A stretch of DNA of 64,000 bases from Vicinamibacterales bacterium. Lineage in GTDB: Bacteria; Acidobacteriota; Vicinamibacteria; Vicinamibacterales; UBA823. Shown here piece after piece: positions 8,921 to 18,427 of this stretch; the first letter of the stretch is position 1; the number at the start of each line of letters is the position of its first letter. The stretch lies in assembly GCA_963667915.2 (NCBI GenBank), contig CAXXNN010000003.1, forward strand, positions 482,014 through 546,013, in the 5' to 3' direction. Under the pieces are notes generated by a model, which did no database searches, was not told where the DNA came from, and saw only the letters and a program-made list of their open reading frames with translations. The translations under genes and the position numbers were made by a program.

Positions 8921-9442
8921 ATGCTGCTAGACCTGCGGATGCTGGCGGAGCCGCGCGAACGACTCGAGCGGACGTATCCTGCCTCCGACTTCGAGGCGAC
9001 GGACGATTTCACGGTCGCGGCCGATGTGGCGTTCTCGTGCGACGTCGATCGACTTCACGACGGGTACCGGTTGGTCGGCCGCCTGGCGACACGGTTGCGG
9101 GTGCTGTGCTGTCGGTGCGCGGAACGGTGCGAGACGCCGGTGGACACGGCATTCGATCTGCGCTATTTGCCGCAAGGTCGAAACACGGGCGACGGCGAAT
9201 CGGAGATTGGCGATGACGATCTGTCGACGGCGTTCTATCGGGACGAGCAGATTGATTTGGGACAGCTCATGCGCGAGCAGTTTTACCTGGCGCTGTCGAT
9301 GAAACCGCTGTGCCGCGCGGAGTGCCGGGGACTGTGCTCGGTGTGCGGCAGGAATCTCAACGTGTCCCAGTGCGGGTGTTCGGCCGAGTGGCAGGATTCG
9401 AAATTGGATACCCTGAAAGGGCTGCTGGATCGCAAGACATGA
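8921..9442 (+). CDS. yceD: YceD/DUF177 family protein
   Basis: C-terminal CRAECRGLCSVCGRNLN motif; canonical position directly upstream of rpmF. Confidence 0.75.
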   Translation: MLLDLRMLAEPRERLERTYPASDFEATDDFTVAADVAFSCDVDRLHDGYRLVGRLATRLRVLCCRCAERCETPVDTAFDLRYLPQGRNTGDGESEIGDDDLSTAFYRDEQIDLGQLMREQFYLALSMKPLCRAECRGLCSVCGRNLNVSQCGCSAEWQDSKLDTLKGLLDRKT

Positions 9443-9470
9443 CGGGGAGTCTGGAGACGAGGAATCGACG

Positions 9471-9653
9471 ATGCCGAATCCCAAACGGAGACATTCGAAG
9501 TCGCGTACGGCCAAGCGACGGACGCATCAGGTGCTGCAACCGACGCCGCTCGGTGAGTGTCCGCAGTGTCATGAGATGAAGCGGCCGCACCAGGTGTGTT
9601 CGCACTGCGGCTACTACAAGGGGCGGCAGGTGCGTGAGGTCGAGGAGGTGTAG
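9471..9653 (+). CDS. rpmF: 50S ribosomal protein L32
   Basis: MPNPKRRHSKSRTAKRR plus CPQC...CSHCG zinc ribbon. The TAG stop lies in the end of repeat copy A. Confidence 0.95.
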   Translation: MPNPKRRHSKSRTAKRRTHQVLQPTPLGECPQCHEMKRPHQVCSHCGYYKGRQVREVEEV

Positions 9654-9827
9654 CCTCCCGTGGAGGGCGTCCGGCGTCGCACCGAGGGTCCCTGATATTG
9701 AAGCCGCGGTCCGCCCGAGCCAGGCGCGACGAGTAAACATCTCGGGAATATGTGAATGAGCAGCCACGCCGCCCGCGGGGATGCAGCGCCGGCCGACTGC
9801 GGCCGGACTTCCACCACGGGCGGCTAG
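9651..9827 (+). repeat. CTAG-ended inverted-repeat element, copy A (MITE-like, ~177 bp)
   Basis: Ends tagcctcccgtgg... and ...ccaccacgggcggctag. Alignable by eye over its whole length with copy B. Confidence 0.8.
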
Positions 9828-9839
9828 CCGTTACGCGCC

Positions 9840-10826
9840 ATGTACGTTGCGATCGACGCGATGGGCGGCGACGCGGCCCCCCGCGCCATCGTCGACGGCG
9901 CGATGGTGGCGGCGCGGTATCTGAACGTCGGGTTGATTCTCATCGGCCGCGCAGACAGCTTGCGCGCGGATCTCGACCGGCATGCCGACGGCGCCTCAGT
10001 CGACGTCCGGGTCGTCGAGACGGACGATGCCGTCGGAATGGACGAATCGCCCGCCGCCGCGCTGCGGCGCAAGCCGCGCGCGTCGGTCCGGATCGCGGCC
10101 GACCTGGTGGCGTCAGGCGACGCCGGCGCGATGTTCAGTGCCGGGAATACGGGTGCCACGCTGCTCGCGGCCCACAGCGCCTTCGGCATGCTCTCCGGTG
10201 TTGACCGGCCTGCGCTCGCGACGACGATTCCGACCCTTCGGCAGGAAGCGGTGCTCCTGGATTCCGGTGCGAACGCGGCGTGCCGTCCGCAGCACCTCGT
10301 GCAGTTCGGGGTGATGGGCTCGGCGTATGCGCAGTTGGCGCTGCAGGTCGAGCGACCGAGAATCGGCCTGCTCTCGACCGGTGAGGAGGCGTCGAAGGGC
10401 AACGAGCTGACCCGTGAAGCGCACCGCTTGCTGTCGGCGGCCCTGCCGGAGTTCATCGGCAACGTGGAGGGCCGGCAAGTCTACGCCGGGCTGGCCGACG
10501 TGGTCGTGTGCGATGGATTCACGGGTAATGTCGCGCTGAAGATCAGCGAAGGATTGGTCGAGATGGTGGAGAAGTTGCTGCGAGACGAGCTGTCACGTAC
10601 GTTCAGCACACGCGTGGGATATTTGCTGTCGCGGCGGGCGTTTCGCCGCTTTCGGAAGCGGGTCGACTATTCGGAGTACGGTGGTGCCCCGCTGCTCGGC
10701 GTCGCCGGGCTGTGCGTGGTGGGCCACGGTCGGTCGTCGGCAAAAGCGGTTCGCAACGCGGTGGTGATGGCGTCCCGTCTCGCCGATGCGCGAATCGTCG
10801 AGCGGCTGGGCGAGCGGATGGCCTAG
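9840..10826 (+). CDS. plsX: Phosphate acyltransferase PlsX
   Basis: IAIDAMGGDAAP N-terminus, VCDGFTGNVALK motif; rpmF-plsX-fab linkage. Confidence 0.9.
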   Translation: MYVAIDAMGGDAAPRAIVDGAMVAARYLNVGLILIGRADSLRADLDRHADGASVDVRVVETDDAVGMDESPAAALRRKPRASVRIAADLVASGDAGAMFSAGNTGATLLAAHSAFGMLSGVDRPALATTIPTLRQEAVLLDSGANAACRPQHLVQFGVMGSAYAQLALQVERPRIGLLSTGEEASKGNELTREAHRLLSAALPEFIGNVEGRQVYAGLADVVVCDGFTGNVALKISEGLVEMVEKLLRDELSRTFSTRVGYLLSRRAFRRFRKRVDYSEYGGAPLLGVAGLCVVGHGRSSAKAVRNAVVMASRLADARIVERLGERMA

Positions 10827-11000
10827 CAGCCCGTGGTGAAAGTCCGGCGCCGCACCGAGGGCCCCTGATATTGAAGCCGCGGTTCGCCCGAGCGAGGCGT
10901 GACGAGTGAGCATATCGGAAATATTTGAATGAGGAGCAACGCGGCCAGCGGGGATGCATCGCCGGCCGAATGCAGCCCGACTTTCACCACGGGCTGCTAG
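10823..11000 (+). repeat. CTAG-ended inverted-repeat element, copy B (178 bp, perfect 22-bp TIR)
   Basis: ctagcagcccgtggtgaaagtc ... gactttcaccacgggctgctag. Confidence 0.85.
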
Positions 11001-11003
11001 GCT
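10995..11003 (+). promoter_or_regulatory. Candidate extended -10 TGcTAGGCT formed by the repeat end plus flank, 7 nt before the fabD ATG
   Basis: gggcTGCTAGGCTgacatcgATG. Confidence 0.25.
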
Positions 11004-11010
11004 GACATCG

Positions 11011-11937
11011 ATGCTGGCATTCATCTTTCCGGGGCAGGGTTCACAGCGGGTCGGGATGGGCCGGGCGCTCGTCGACGCCTATCCCGAATGCCGCGCCACG
11101 TTCGACGAGGCGGACGCGGCGCTCGGCGAGTCACTGTCCTCGCTGTGTTTCGAGGGACCCGCGGATCGGCTCACACTGACCGAGAATGCACAGCCCGCGA
11201 TCCTGGCGACCAGCGTCGCCATGTATCGCGTGCTGGCGGCGCGCGGCCTCGCGCCGGCTATCGTCGCGGGCCACAGTCTCGGCGAGTATTCTGCGCACGT
11301 CGCGGCAGGGACGCTGGCGTTTGCCGACGCGCTGGGCATCGTCAGACGGCGGGGACGGTACATGCAGGACGCGGTGCCGGTCGGGGATGGCGCCATGGCC
11401 GCGCTGGTGGGACTGGATGCCGATGCGGTGCGTCGTGCCTGTGCGGAGGCGGCCAACGGCGACGTGGTTGCTCCAGCCAATCTGAACGCGCCAGGCCAGA
11501 TCGTGATTGCCGGCGCGCGGGCGGCCGTGGCGCGGGCGGGAGAGGCCGCGAAGCGGCTCGGCGCGAGGCGCGTGATCCCGTTGGCGGTCAGCGCGCCGTT
11601 CCACTGCGCGCTGATGCAGCCGGCCGCGGATCGGCTGGCGCCAGAATTGCGCGCCGCGCGCACGGCCAATCCGCGGGTGCCGGTCGTCGCCAACGTCGAT
11701 GCGGAGCCCAAGCGGGACGGGCCGGCCGCCGTGGAGGCGCTCATCGGGCAGATCACCTCACCGGTGCTCTGGGAACAAGTCGTCCGGCGCCTTGCATCGG
11801 AGGGCGCGCGCACGTATGTTGAGGTGGGGCCGGGGTCGGTGCTCACCGGATTGATGAAGAGGATCGACCGCTCGCTGAAGGCGGTCTCGGCGGATAGCCT
11901 GCCCACGCTGGATCACGTCAAGGAATCGATTGGATAG
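11011..11937 (+). CDS. fabD: Malonyl-CoA:ACP transacylase
   Basis: FIFPGQGSQ and GHSLGEYSA active-site motifs. The upstream 57 nt of the tracked ORF is repeat sequence. Confidence 0.9.
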   Translation: MLAFIFPGQGSQRVGMGRALVDAYPECRATFDEADAALGESLSSLCFEGPADRLTLTENAQPAILATSVAMYRVLAARGLAPAIVAGHSLGEYSAHVAAGTLAFADALGIVRRRGRYMQDAVPVGDGAMAALVGLDADAVRRACAEAANGDVVAPANLNAPGQIVIAGARAAVARAGEAAKRLGARRVIPLAVSAPFHCALMQPAADRLAPELRAARTANPRVPVVANVDAEPKRDGPAAVEALIGQITSPVLWEQVVRRLASEGARTYVEVGPGSVLTGLMKRIDRSLKAVSADSLPTLDHVKESIG

Positions 11938-11991
11938 CAGAGCCCCGAGGGTCGGGGCCGCGGAGGGCCGCCGGTCCGTCGGGAGACGCGC

Positions 11992-12732
11992 ATGACCGAT
12001 GTGAACGGACGCGTGGCGATCGTGACGGGCGCGTCGCGCGGGATCGGCCGGGCGGTGGCCGAGCAACTCGCGGCGGCGGGATGCACGGTGGTCGCGGTGG
12101 CCCGGGCGCGCAACGCCGAGGAGACGGTGGCGGCGATCACGGCGGCGGGCGGCCGGGCCGAGCCGGCGAGCGTCGACGTGACCGACGCCGAGCGCGTCTC
12201 GCAGCTCGTCGGCGACGTGGTCGATCGCCTCGGACGGATTGACGTGCTGGTCAACAACGCTGGCATCGCGCGAGACCAGCTCCTCCTACGGTTGAAGCGG
12301 TCCGACTGGGATGACGTGCTGTCGACCAACCTCACCGCGGCGTTCACCTGCACCCAGGCGGTGCTACGATCGATGGTGCGGCAGCGGTCCGGCCGGATCA
12401 TTGCGATCAGCTCGGTCGTCGGACAGATGGGCAATGCCGGTCAGGCGAACTACGCTGCGTCCAAGGCTGGTCTCATCGGCTTCACGAAGGCGGTTGCCAG
12501 GGAGGTGGCGTCACGCGGGGTCACCGTGAACGTGGTGGCGCCGGGTCTGATCGACACCGACATGACGCGGACGCTGACCGCCGGCGGTCGCGACCAGTGG
12601 CAGTCGCTGGTCCCCCTCGGCCGGCTCGGCACGCCGGCCGACGTCGCCCACGCAGTATGTTTTCTCGCATCGGACGCGGCGTCGTATATTACTGGGCAAG
12701 TCTTGGGTGTCAACGGTGGCATGTACATGTAG
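11992..12732 (+). CDS. fabG: 3-oxoacyl-ACP reductase
   Basis: TGASRGIG Rossmann motif, NYAASKAG catalytic motif, fab cluster context. Confidence 0.9.
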   Translation: MTDVNGRVAIVTGASRGIGRAVAEQLAAAGCTVVAVARARNAEETVAAITAAGGRAEPASVDVTDAERVSQLVGDVVDRLGRIDVLVNNAGIARDQLLLRLKRSDWDDVLSTNLTAAFTCTQAVLRSMVRQRSGRIIAISSVVGQMGNAGQANYAASKAGLIGFTKAVAREVASRGVTVNVVAPGLIDTDMTRTLTAGGRDQWQSLVPLGRLGTPADVAHAVCFLASDAASYITGQVLGVNGGMYM

Positions 12733-12741
12733 GAGGCGCGA

Positions 12742-12984
12742 ATGGCCGTCACAGACAAAGTCAAAGGCATCATTATGGAGCAGCTGGGCGTCGACGAGGA
12801 GGAAGTGACTCCGGATGCCTCCTTTGTGGACGATCTCGGCGCGGATTCACTCGATACGGTCGAGTTGGTCATGGCGTTCGAGGAAGAATTCAACCTCGAG
12901 ATTCCGGATGAGGATGCCGAGAAAATCACGCGCGTGAAAGAGGCGGTGGAGTACATCGAGTCGCACGCCAAGGCCAAGAAGTAA
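12742..12984 (+). CDS. acpP: Acyl carrier protein
   Basis: [20 protein letters not shown] phosphopantetheine-attachment motif. Confidence 0.95.
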   Translation: MAVTDKVKGIIMEQLGVDEEEVTPDASFVDDLGADSLDTVELVMAFEEEFNLEIPDEDAEKITRVKEAVEYIESHAKAKK

Positions 12985-13009
12985 CGCGTTTGGCAGCTTG
13001 GAGGCTGGG

Positions 13010-14251
13010 GTGCAGAGGCGAGTCGTTGTCACTGGGGTCGGTCTGGTGTCGCCGTTGGGCATCGGAACGGACGCGAACTGGGAAGCGCTGTGCGCGGGGC
13101 GGAACGGGATCGAGCCGATCACGAGGTTCGATGCGTCGAAGTTCTCGGCCCGCATTGCGGGCGAGGTGAAGAACTTCGATCCGCTGCGGTTCGTCCCGAA
13201 GAAGGACGTCAAGAAGATGGACCCCTTCATCCAGTTCGCCATCGCGGCCTCTGAATTCGCCGTGCGCGACGCCGGGCTGGAAGTGACGCCGGACATCGCT
13301 CCGCGCGTCGGCGTGTTCATCGCATCCGGCATCGGCGGATTCAGTTCGATCGAGCGTGAGCATCGCGCGTTGCTCGAGCACGGGCCGCGTCGAATTTCGC
13401 CGTTCTTCATCCCGTCGGCCATCATTAATCTCGCGGCCGGTCAGGTGTCCATCCGGTTTGGTGCCAAGGGGCCGAACTCCGCGACCTGTACGGCCTGCTC
13501 GGCATCCGCGCATGCGATTGGAGATGCCTTTGAAATCATCAGCCGCGGGGATGCCGATGCCATGATCGCCGGCGGATCGGAGGCGGCCATCACCCCGCTG
13601 GGCGTGGGCGGGTTCGCCGCGATGCGCGCCCTGTCGACCCGGAACGACGAGCCGAGCCGGGCGAGCCGCCCGTTCGACAAGGATCGTGACGGTTTCGTCA
13701 TCGGCGAGGGCTCCGGCGTGGTCGTGCTCGAAGAATACGCGCGCGCGCGCGCCCGGCAGGCGCGGATCTACGCGGAGTTGGTCGGGTACGGCATGTCGAG
13801 CGATGCGTTCCATGTCACCGCGCCGGCCGAGGATGGCGACGGTGCCGCGCGGGCGATGCGGGCGGCGCTGGCGCGCGCGCAGTGTCGGCCAGAGCAGATC
13901 GAGTACATCAACGCGCATGGGACCTCGACGCCTTACAACGACAAGCTCGAGACCCTGGCCATCAAGAACGTGTTCGGTGCCCACGCCCGACGGCTCGCCG
14001 TGTCGTCCACGAAGTCGATGACCGGGCACCTGCTCGGGGCGGCGGGCGGCTTGGAAGCGGGGATCGCCGTCCTGGCCTTGCGTCACCAGAGACTGCCGCC
14101 CACCATCAATCTGGACACGCCAGACCCGGAGTGCGATCTCGACTACGTGCCTGGCACCGCACGCGCCGCCACGATTACCCACGTGATGTCGAACTCGTTC
14201 GGGTTCGGAGGCACGAACGGCGTGCTCCTGTTCAAGCGGTACGACGCCTAA
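13010..14251 (+). CDS. fabF: 3-oxoacyl-ACP synthase II
   Basis: [11 protein letters not shown] active-site Cys, [16 protein letters not shown] motifs. GTG 13010 sits 5 nt after GGAGG; the tracked TTG is at 12998. Confidence 0.9.
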   Translation: MQRRVVVTGVGLVSPLGIGTDANWEALCAGRNGIEPITRFDASKFSARIAGEVKNFDPLRFVPKKDVKKMDPFIQFAIAASEFAVRDAGLEVTPDIAPRVGVFIASGIGGFSSIEREHRALLEHGPRRISPFFIPSAIINLAAGQVSIRFGAKGPNSATCTACSASAHAIGDAFEIISRGDADAMIAGGSEAAITPLGVGGFAAMRALSTRNDEPSRASRPFDKDRDGFVIGEGSGVVVLEEYARARARQARIYAELVGYGMSSDAFHVTAPAEDGDGAARAMRAALARAQCRPEQIEYINAHGTSTPYNDKLETLAIKNVFGAHARRLAVSSTKSMTGHLLGAAGGLEAGIAVLALRHQRLPPTINLDTPDPECDLDYVPGTARAATITHVMSNSFGFGGTNGVLLFKRYDA

Positions 14252-14285
14252 CGGCCCGGATTCGCGCGGGTCATCCGTTGAGCCG

Positions 14286-15047
14286 ATGAATATCATCGTT
14301 TGCATCAAACAGGTCGTCACCCGCGAGTGGCCGGTACGGGTCGACGACGCGGGCGCCTGGATTCGCGAGCAAGACGCCAGTTTCGAGATGAACGAGCCGG
14401 ATGCCTATGCGCTGGAAGCGGCATTGCGACTGAAGGAAGCGCAGGGCGGCGAGGTCGCCGTGTGTTCGGTCGGTCCGCAGCGGGTGACCCAGGTCATCCG
14501 AGAAGCGCTCGCCCGGGGGGCGGACCGCGCGATCCACGTCGTGGATGACGCTGGGGTGTGCGTCGATGCGTTCACGGTCGCGTCGGCGATGGCCTCGGCG
14601 ATCAAGGATGAGCCGGTCGATCTCGTGCTCACCGGGTTGCAGTCCGACGACCAAGGATTCGCGCAGACCGGCGTCGTGCTGTCGGCACTGATGGGCCTCC
14701 CGCACGCGACCATCATCATGGATGTGGAGGTCGGCGCCGGTCGCGTGCGCGTGAAACGCGAGCTGGAGGGCGGCTGGTTTCAATGGGTGACGCTGCCGAC
14801 GCCAGCGCTTCTGACAGTGCAGAGCGGTATCAACCAGCTTCGCTACGCCACGCTGAAGGGCATCATGGGCGCGAAGAAGAAAGAGGTGCGCACCGTATCC
14901 GTGGCGGACACGTCCGGGGCGCGTCAGCGGATCGTGGCGCTCTATCCGCCAGAAAAAGGGAAGCACACCCACTTCATTGAGGGCCCGGCGCCCGCGGCGG
15001 CCAAGGAGTTGGTGCGGTTGCTCCGGGAGGAGGCGCACGCGTTATGA
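14286..15047 (+). CDS. etfB: Electron transfer flavoprotein beta subunit
   Basis: MNIIVCIKQV N-terminus, LRYATLKGIMGAKKK motif. Confidence 0.85.
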   Translation: MNIIVCIKQVVTREWPVRVDDAGAWIREQDASFEMNEPDAYALEAALRLKEAQGGEVAVCSVGPQRVTQVIREALARGADRAIHVVDDAGVCVDAFTVASAMASAIKDEPVDLVLTGLQSDDQGFAQTGVVLSALMGLPHATIIMDVEVGAGRVRVKRELEGGWFQWVTLPTPALLTVQSGINQLRYATLKGIMGAKKKEVRTVSVADTSGARQRIVALYPPEKGKHTHFIEGPAPAAAKELVRLLREEAHAL

Positions 15048-15069
15048 GGCCGGCCGGTGTGGAGCTTCG

Positions 15070-16044
15070 ATGATTCTGGTCGTCGCGGAACAGCGTCAGG
15101 GCGAGTTGAGCCACACGAGCTGGGAGGCCGTGGCGGCAGCGCAGCAGATCGACGCGCCGGTCACGGCTGCGGTCATCGGGTCGGGTGTCGGCGCGGCGGC
15201 CGAGGCGCTCGCGGTTGCCGATCTCGCGGAAGTGCTCGTGCTCGACGCGCCGGCGCTGTCCGCCTACACGGCCGATGGCTGGGTGCAGGCGTTGACCGGG
15301 ATCATCCAGGCCGAGCAGCCGACGCTCGTCATCCTCCCGCATACCTACCAGACGCGTGATTTTGTCCCCGCGCTGGCCGTCTCACTCGACCGGGCGCTGT
15401 TGACCGATTGCACGCGCAGTGTGCGGCGCGACGGGGAGTTGGCGTTCAGCCGCCAGATGTTTCAAGGCAAGTTGATGGCCGACGTCGTGCCACTCGGCCC
15501 GCCGCCTCATCTGGTGACCTTCCAGAGCGGCGCGGTCAGTGCCGACGCCGTCGTCAAGGGCGCCAGCCCCGCGGCGACGCGTGCCGTGTCCGTCGCGGTC
15601 GATGCGGCCGCGATCCGGCAGCGCCCGGAGCCGGCCTTCCAGGAGGCCCGGAACGCGGTCGATCTGTCGAAGGCCGAGCGCATCGTGGCGGTGGGTCGCG
15701 GGATCAAGGGCGAAGAACATCTCGAGTCCGTGCGGCGATTGGCGGCGGCCATGGGCGCCGAGGTGGCGGCGTCACGGCCGATCTGCGATGCCGGGTGGCT
15801 GCCGATGGACCGGCAGGTGGGCAGCTCCGGCCAAACAGTGACGCCCACGCTCTACCTCGCGCTCGGCATCTCCGGTGCGATCCAGCATGTCGTTGGCATG
15901 AAGGGGGCGCGAACGATCGTCGCCGTTAACAAGGACGCGGACGCGCCGATTTTCGAGATCGCCGACTACGGCTTCGTCGGCGACCTATTCGAGATCGTGC
16001 CGGCCATGATCGCCGAGCTGGAAGGCGAGAAAACGGCCTGCTAG
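15070..16044 (+). CDS. etfA: Electron transfer flavoprotein alpha subunit
   Basis: [34 protein letters not shown]-binding motif; ATG 15070 chosen (MILVVAEQ). Confidence 0.85.
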   Translation: MILVVAEQRQGELSHTSWEAVAAAQQIDAPVTAAVIGSGVGAAAEALAVADLAEVLVLDAPALSAYTADGWVQALTGIIQAEQPTLVILPHTYQTRDFVPALAVSLDRALLTDCTRSVRRDGELAFSRQMFQGKLMADVVPLGPPPHLVTFQSGAVSADAVVKGASPAATRAVSVAVDAAAIRQRPEPAFQEARNAVDLSKAERIVAVGRGIKGEEHLESVRRLAAAMGAEVAASRPICDAGWLPMDRQVGSSGQTVTPTLYLALGISGAIQHVVGMKGARTIVAVNKDADAPIFEIADYGFVGDLFEIVPAMIAELEGEKTAC

Positions 16045-16046
16045 CG

Positions 16047-17720
16047 TTGACCCCGAACCCTGAGGTGGAGCGCGAGACGCTCGACGTCGACGTGCTGATC
16101 GTCGGCGGCGGACCGGCCGGTCTGTCGGCCGCGCTCCATCTGGCACGGCTGCGGAAATCGTGCGGTGGCGAGCCCCTCGCCATCGCCGTGCTCGAGAAGT
16201 CCCGCGAGAGCGGGTCGCACATGCTGTCTGGCGCGGTGTTCGATCCCAGCGCGCTGCAGGATCTATTGCCAGACTTCGAAGCGCGCGGGGCGCCCCTCGG
16301 GCCGTCGGTCCGTGAGGACCGCCTGCTGTTCCTCACGGAGCATCGGGCCCTCCGGTTTCCCTTCACCCCGCCGCCGCTCGACAACCACGGGTGCTACGTC
16401 ATGTCGCTCAACCGGTTCGTGCGCTGGCTGGCCGAGCAGGCCGAGGCGGAGGGCGTCGACGTGTTCAACGGGTTCGCGGCGACGGAGGTGCTGTATGACG
16501 GCGATCGGGTCGTCGGCGTCCGCACCGGCGACCGGGGCGTCAGTCGGCGCGGCGAGCGCAGGGCCACCTTCGAGCCGGGTGTCGACATCAAGGCGTCCGT
16601 GACGATCCTCGCCGACGGCGTGCGAGGGAACCTCACGAAAACCGTGTTGCGGCGGATGCGCCTGGATGCGGCGTCCCAGCCGCAGACCTATGCGCTCGGC
16701 ATCAAGGAGCTGTGGGACGTGCCGTCCGGACGGCTTGAGCCCGGAACGGTCGTCCACACGATGGGCTATCCGCTGCGGTTCGAGGAATTCGGCGGCGGGT
16801 TCATCTACGCGCTCACTCCGGAGCGCCTGTCCGTCGGGTTTGTCACCGGCCTGGACTATCGGGACCCGCTGTTCGATCCGCACGCGATGTTCCAGCGCTT
16901 CAAGCGCCATCCCCGCGTCGCGGCGCTCCTCGCCGACGGACAGCTCGTGGGCTACGGCGCGAAAGCGCTGCCCGAAGGGGGCTGGCACGCCCTGCCGCGT
17001 CCCTATCTGGACGGGGCGCTGATCATCGGAGATGCCGCGGGGTATCTGAATTCGCTCCGCTTGAAGGGCATCCATCTGGCGATGCGCACCGGCATGTATG
17101 CGGCCGAGACGGCGCTCGAGGCGCTCCGGACGGGCGACGCCTCGGCGTCGCAGCTGCGGATGTTTCAGGCGAAGGTCGATGACGGAGAGGTCCGTCGTGA
17201 GCTCTATCCGGTGCGGAACGTGCACCAAGGCTTCGGGCACGGGCTGCTGGCCGGGCTGGCCTATGCGGGCCTGTCGATCCTCACGCACGGCTGGTGGATT
17301 CGCGATCCGATGCCCGGCCATGCCGGGCACGAACGTATGGCGACCGTGTCGGCGTACCATGGCCACCGGGCCGCGCGCCATGCCGCGGCCGACGTGCCAA
17401 TCGACCGCACGTTGACCTTCGATCGCCTGACGAACGTTCATTTTTCCGGCACGCGGCATGACGAAGACCAGCCGGTTCACCTGCTCGTCCACGATCTGGA
17501 TCTCTGCCGAACGCGATGCCGTGAGGAGTATGCGAATCCGTGCCTGCGCTTCTGTCCGGCGAACGTGTACGAGATGATCGAGTCTCCGGATGGCCCGCGG
17601 CTGCAGATCAACGCGTCGAACTGCGTGCATTGCAAGGCGTGCGACATCATGGATCCGTACCAGATCATCGACTGGGTGCCACCGGAGGGCGGCGGCGGAC
17701 CGCAGTACGACGGCATGTGA
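16047..17720 (+). CDS. Electron transfer flavoprotein:quinone oxidoreductase
   Basis: VLIVGGGPAGLSAA FAD motif, C-terminal 4Fe-4S region (CPANVYE...NCVHCKACD); TTG start as tracked. Confidence 0.85.
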   Translation: MTPNPEVERETLDVDVLIVGGGPAGLSAALHLARLRKSCGGEPLAIAVLEKSRESGSHMLSGAVFDPSALQDLLPDFEARGAPLGPSVREDRLLFLTEHRALRFPFTPPPLDNHGCYVMSLNRFVRWLAEQAEAEGVDVFNGFAATEVLYDGDRVVGVRTGDRGVSRRGERRATFEPGVDIKASVTILADGVRGNLTKTVLRRMRLDAASQPQTYALGIKELWDVPSGRLEPGTVVHTMGYPLRFEEFGGGFIYALTPERLSVGFVTGLDYRDPLFDPHAMFQRFKRHPRVAALLADGQLVGYGAKALPEGGWHALPRPYLDGALIIGDAAGYLNSLRLKGIHLAMRTGMYAAETALEALRTGDASASQLRMFQAKVDDGEVRRELYPVRNVHQGFGHGLLAGLAYAGLSILTHGWWIRDPMPGHAGHERMATVSAYHGHRAARHAAADVPIDRTLTFDRLTNVHFSGTRHDEDQPVHLLVHDLDLCRTRCREEYANPCLRFCPANVYEMIESPDGPRLQINASNCVHCKACDIMDPYQIIDWVPPEGGGGPQYDGM

Positions 17721-17752
17721 CCGGGGCCCCGCGGACGCAGCGTATGGAGAAC

Positions 17753-18427
17753 CCAGTACGCCGGCAGCTGACGCGATGGCAGCGCGCCCAGGCGGCGAGT
17801 ATCGCGGCGGTGGGGTATCCGCTCGTGGCACTGCTGGGTGCGACGCTCCGCTGGCGGGTGAGCGGCCTCGATCACCTGGATCGGCTCCATCGTGACGGCA
17901 CGCCACCGGTGATGGCGTTCTGGCACGGGCGCATCCTGGCGGCGACCTACTATTTCCGCCGCCGCGGCATTGTGGTCATCACGAGCGAGAACTTCGACGG
18001 GGAGTGGGTCGCACGGATCATCGAGCGCTTCGGGTACGGGACGGCCCGCGGGTCTACCTCGCGGAGCGGGCGGCGGGCACTCCTCCAACTGAAGCGGGCC
18101 GTGGCCCAGGGGCGCCCGGCGGGGTTCACGGTGGACGGGCCCCGCGGCCCGGCGGAGCAAGCGCAGCCGGGCGCGGTCTGGTTGGCCGGTGCGACGGGGA
18201 GCCCGTTGCTGCCGTTTCACCTGGAGGCAGCCCACAGCTGGACGGCTCGCAGCTGGGATCGGACGCAGGTACCCAAACCGTTCAGCCGGGTGGCGCTGGT
18301 GGTCGGGGCGCCGATCGAGGTGCCGCGAGATCCGGCCCCGGACACGCTCGAAGCCAAGCGACTCGAGCTCGAACGGACGTTGCAAAGACTGGGCGGCGAG
18401 GCTGTTCGCCTGCTGGAGGCTCCATGA
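17753..18427 (+). CDS. DUF374-domain (lysophospholipid acyltransferase-like) protein
   Basis: FWHGRIL...ITSENFDGEW...FTVDGPRGP pattern as I recall for DUF374; ATG 17753. Confidence 0.6.
   Translation, partial: PVRRQLTRWQRAQAASIAAVGYPLVALLGATLRWRVSGLDHLDRLHRDGTPPVMAFWHGRILAATYYFRRRGIVVITSENFDGEWVARIIERFGYGTARGSTSRSGRRALLQLKRAVAQGRPAGFTVDGPRGPAEQAQPGAVWLAGATGSPLLPFHLEAAHSWTARSWDRTQVPKPFSRVALVVGAPIEVPRDPAPDTLEAKRLELERTLQRLGGEAVRLLEAP

Noticed and set aside
10954-11010. N-terminal extensions of tracked ORFs through repeat elements: fabD from 10954, the PBP gene from 42139, and the ORFs at 5217 and 9752.
   Set aside because: The extra residues (the ...FHHG... peptides) are translations of the repeat family in different contexts. 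Conserved protein N-termini begin downstream.
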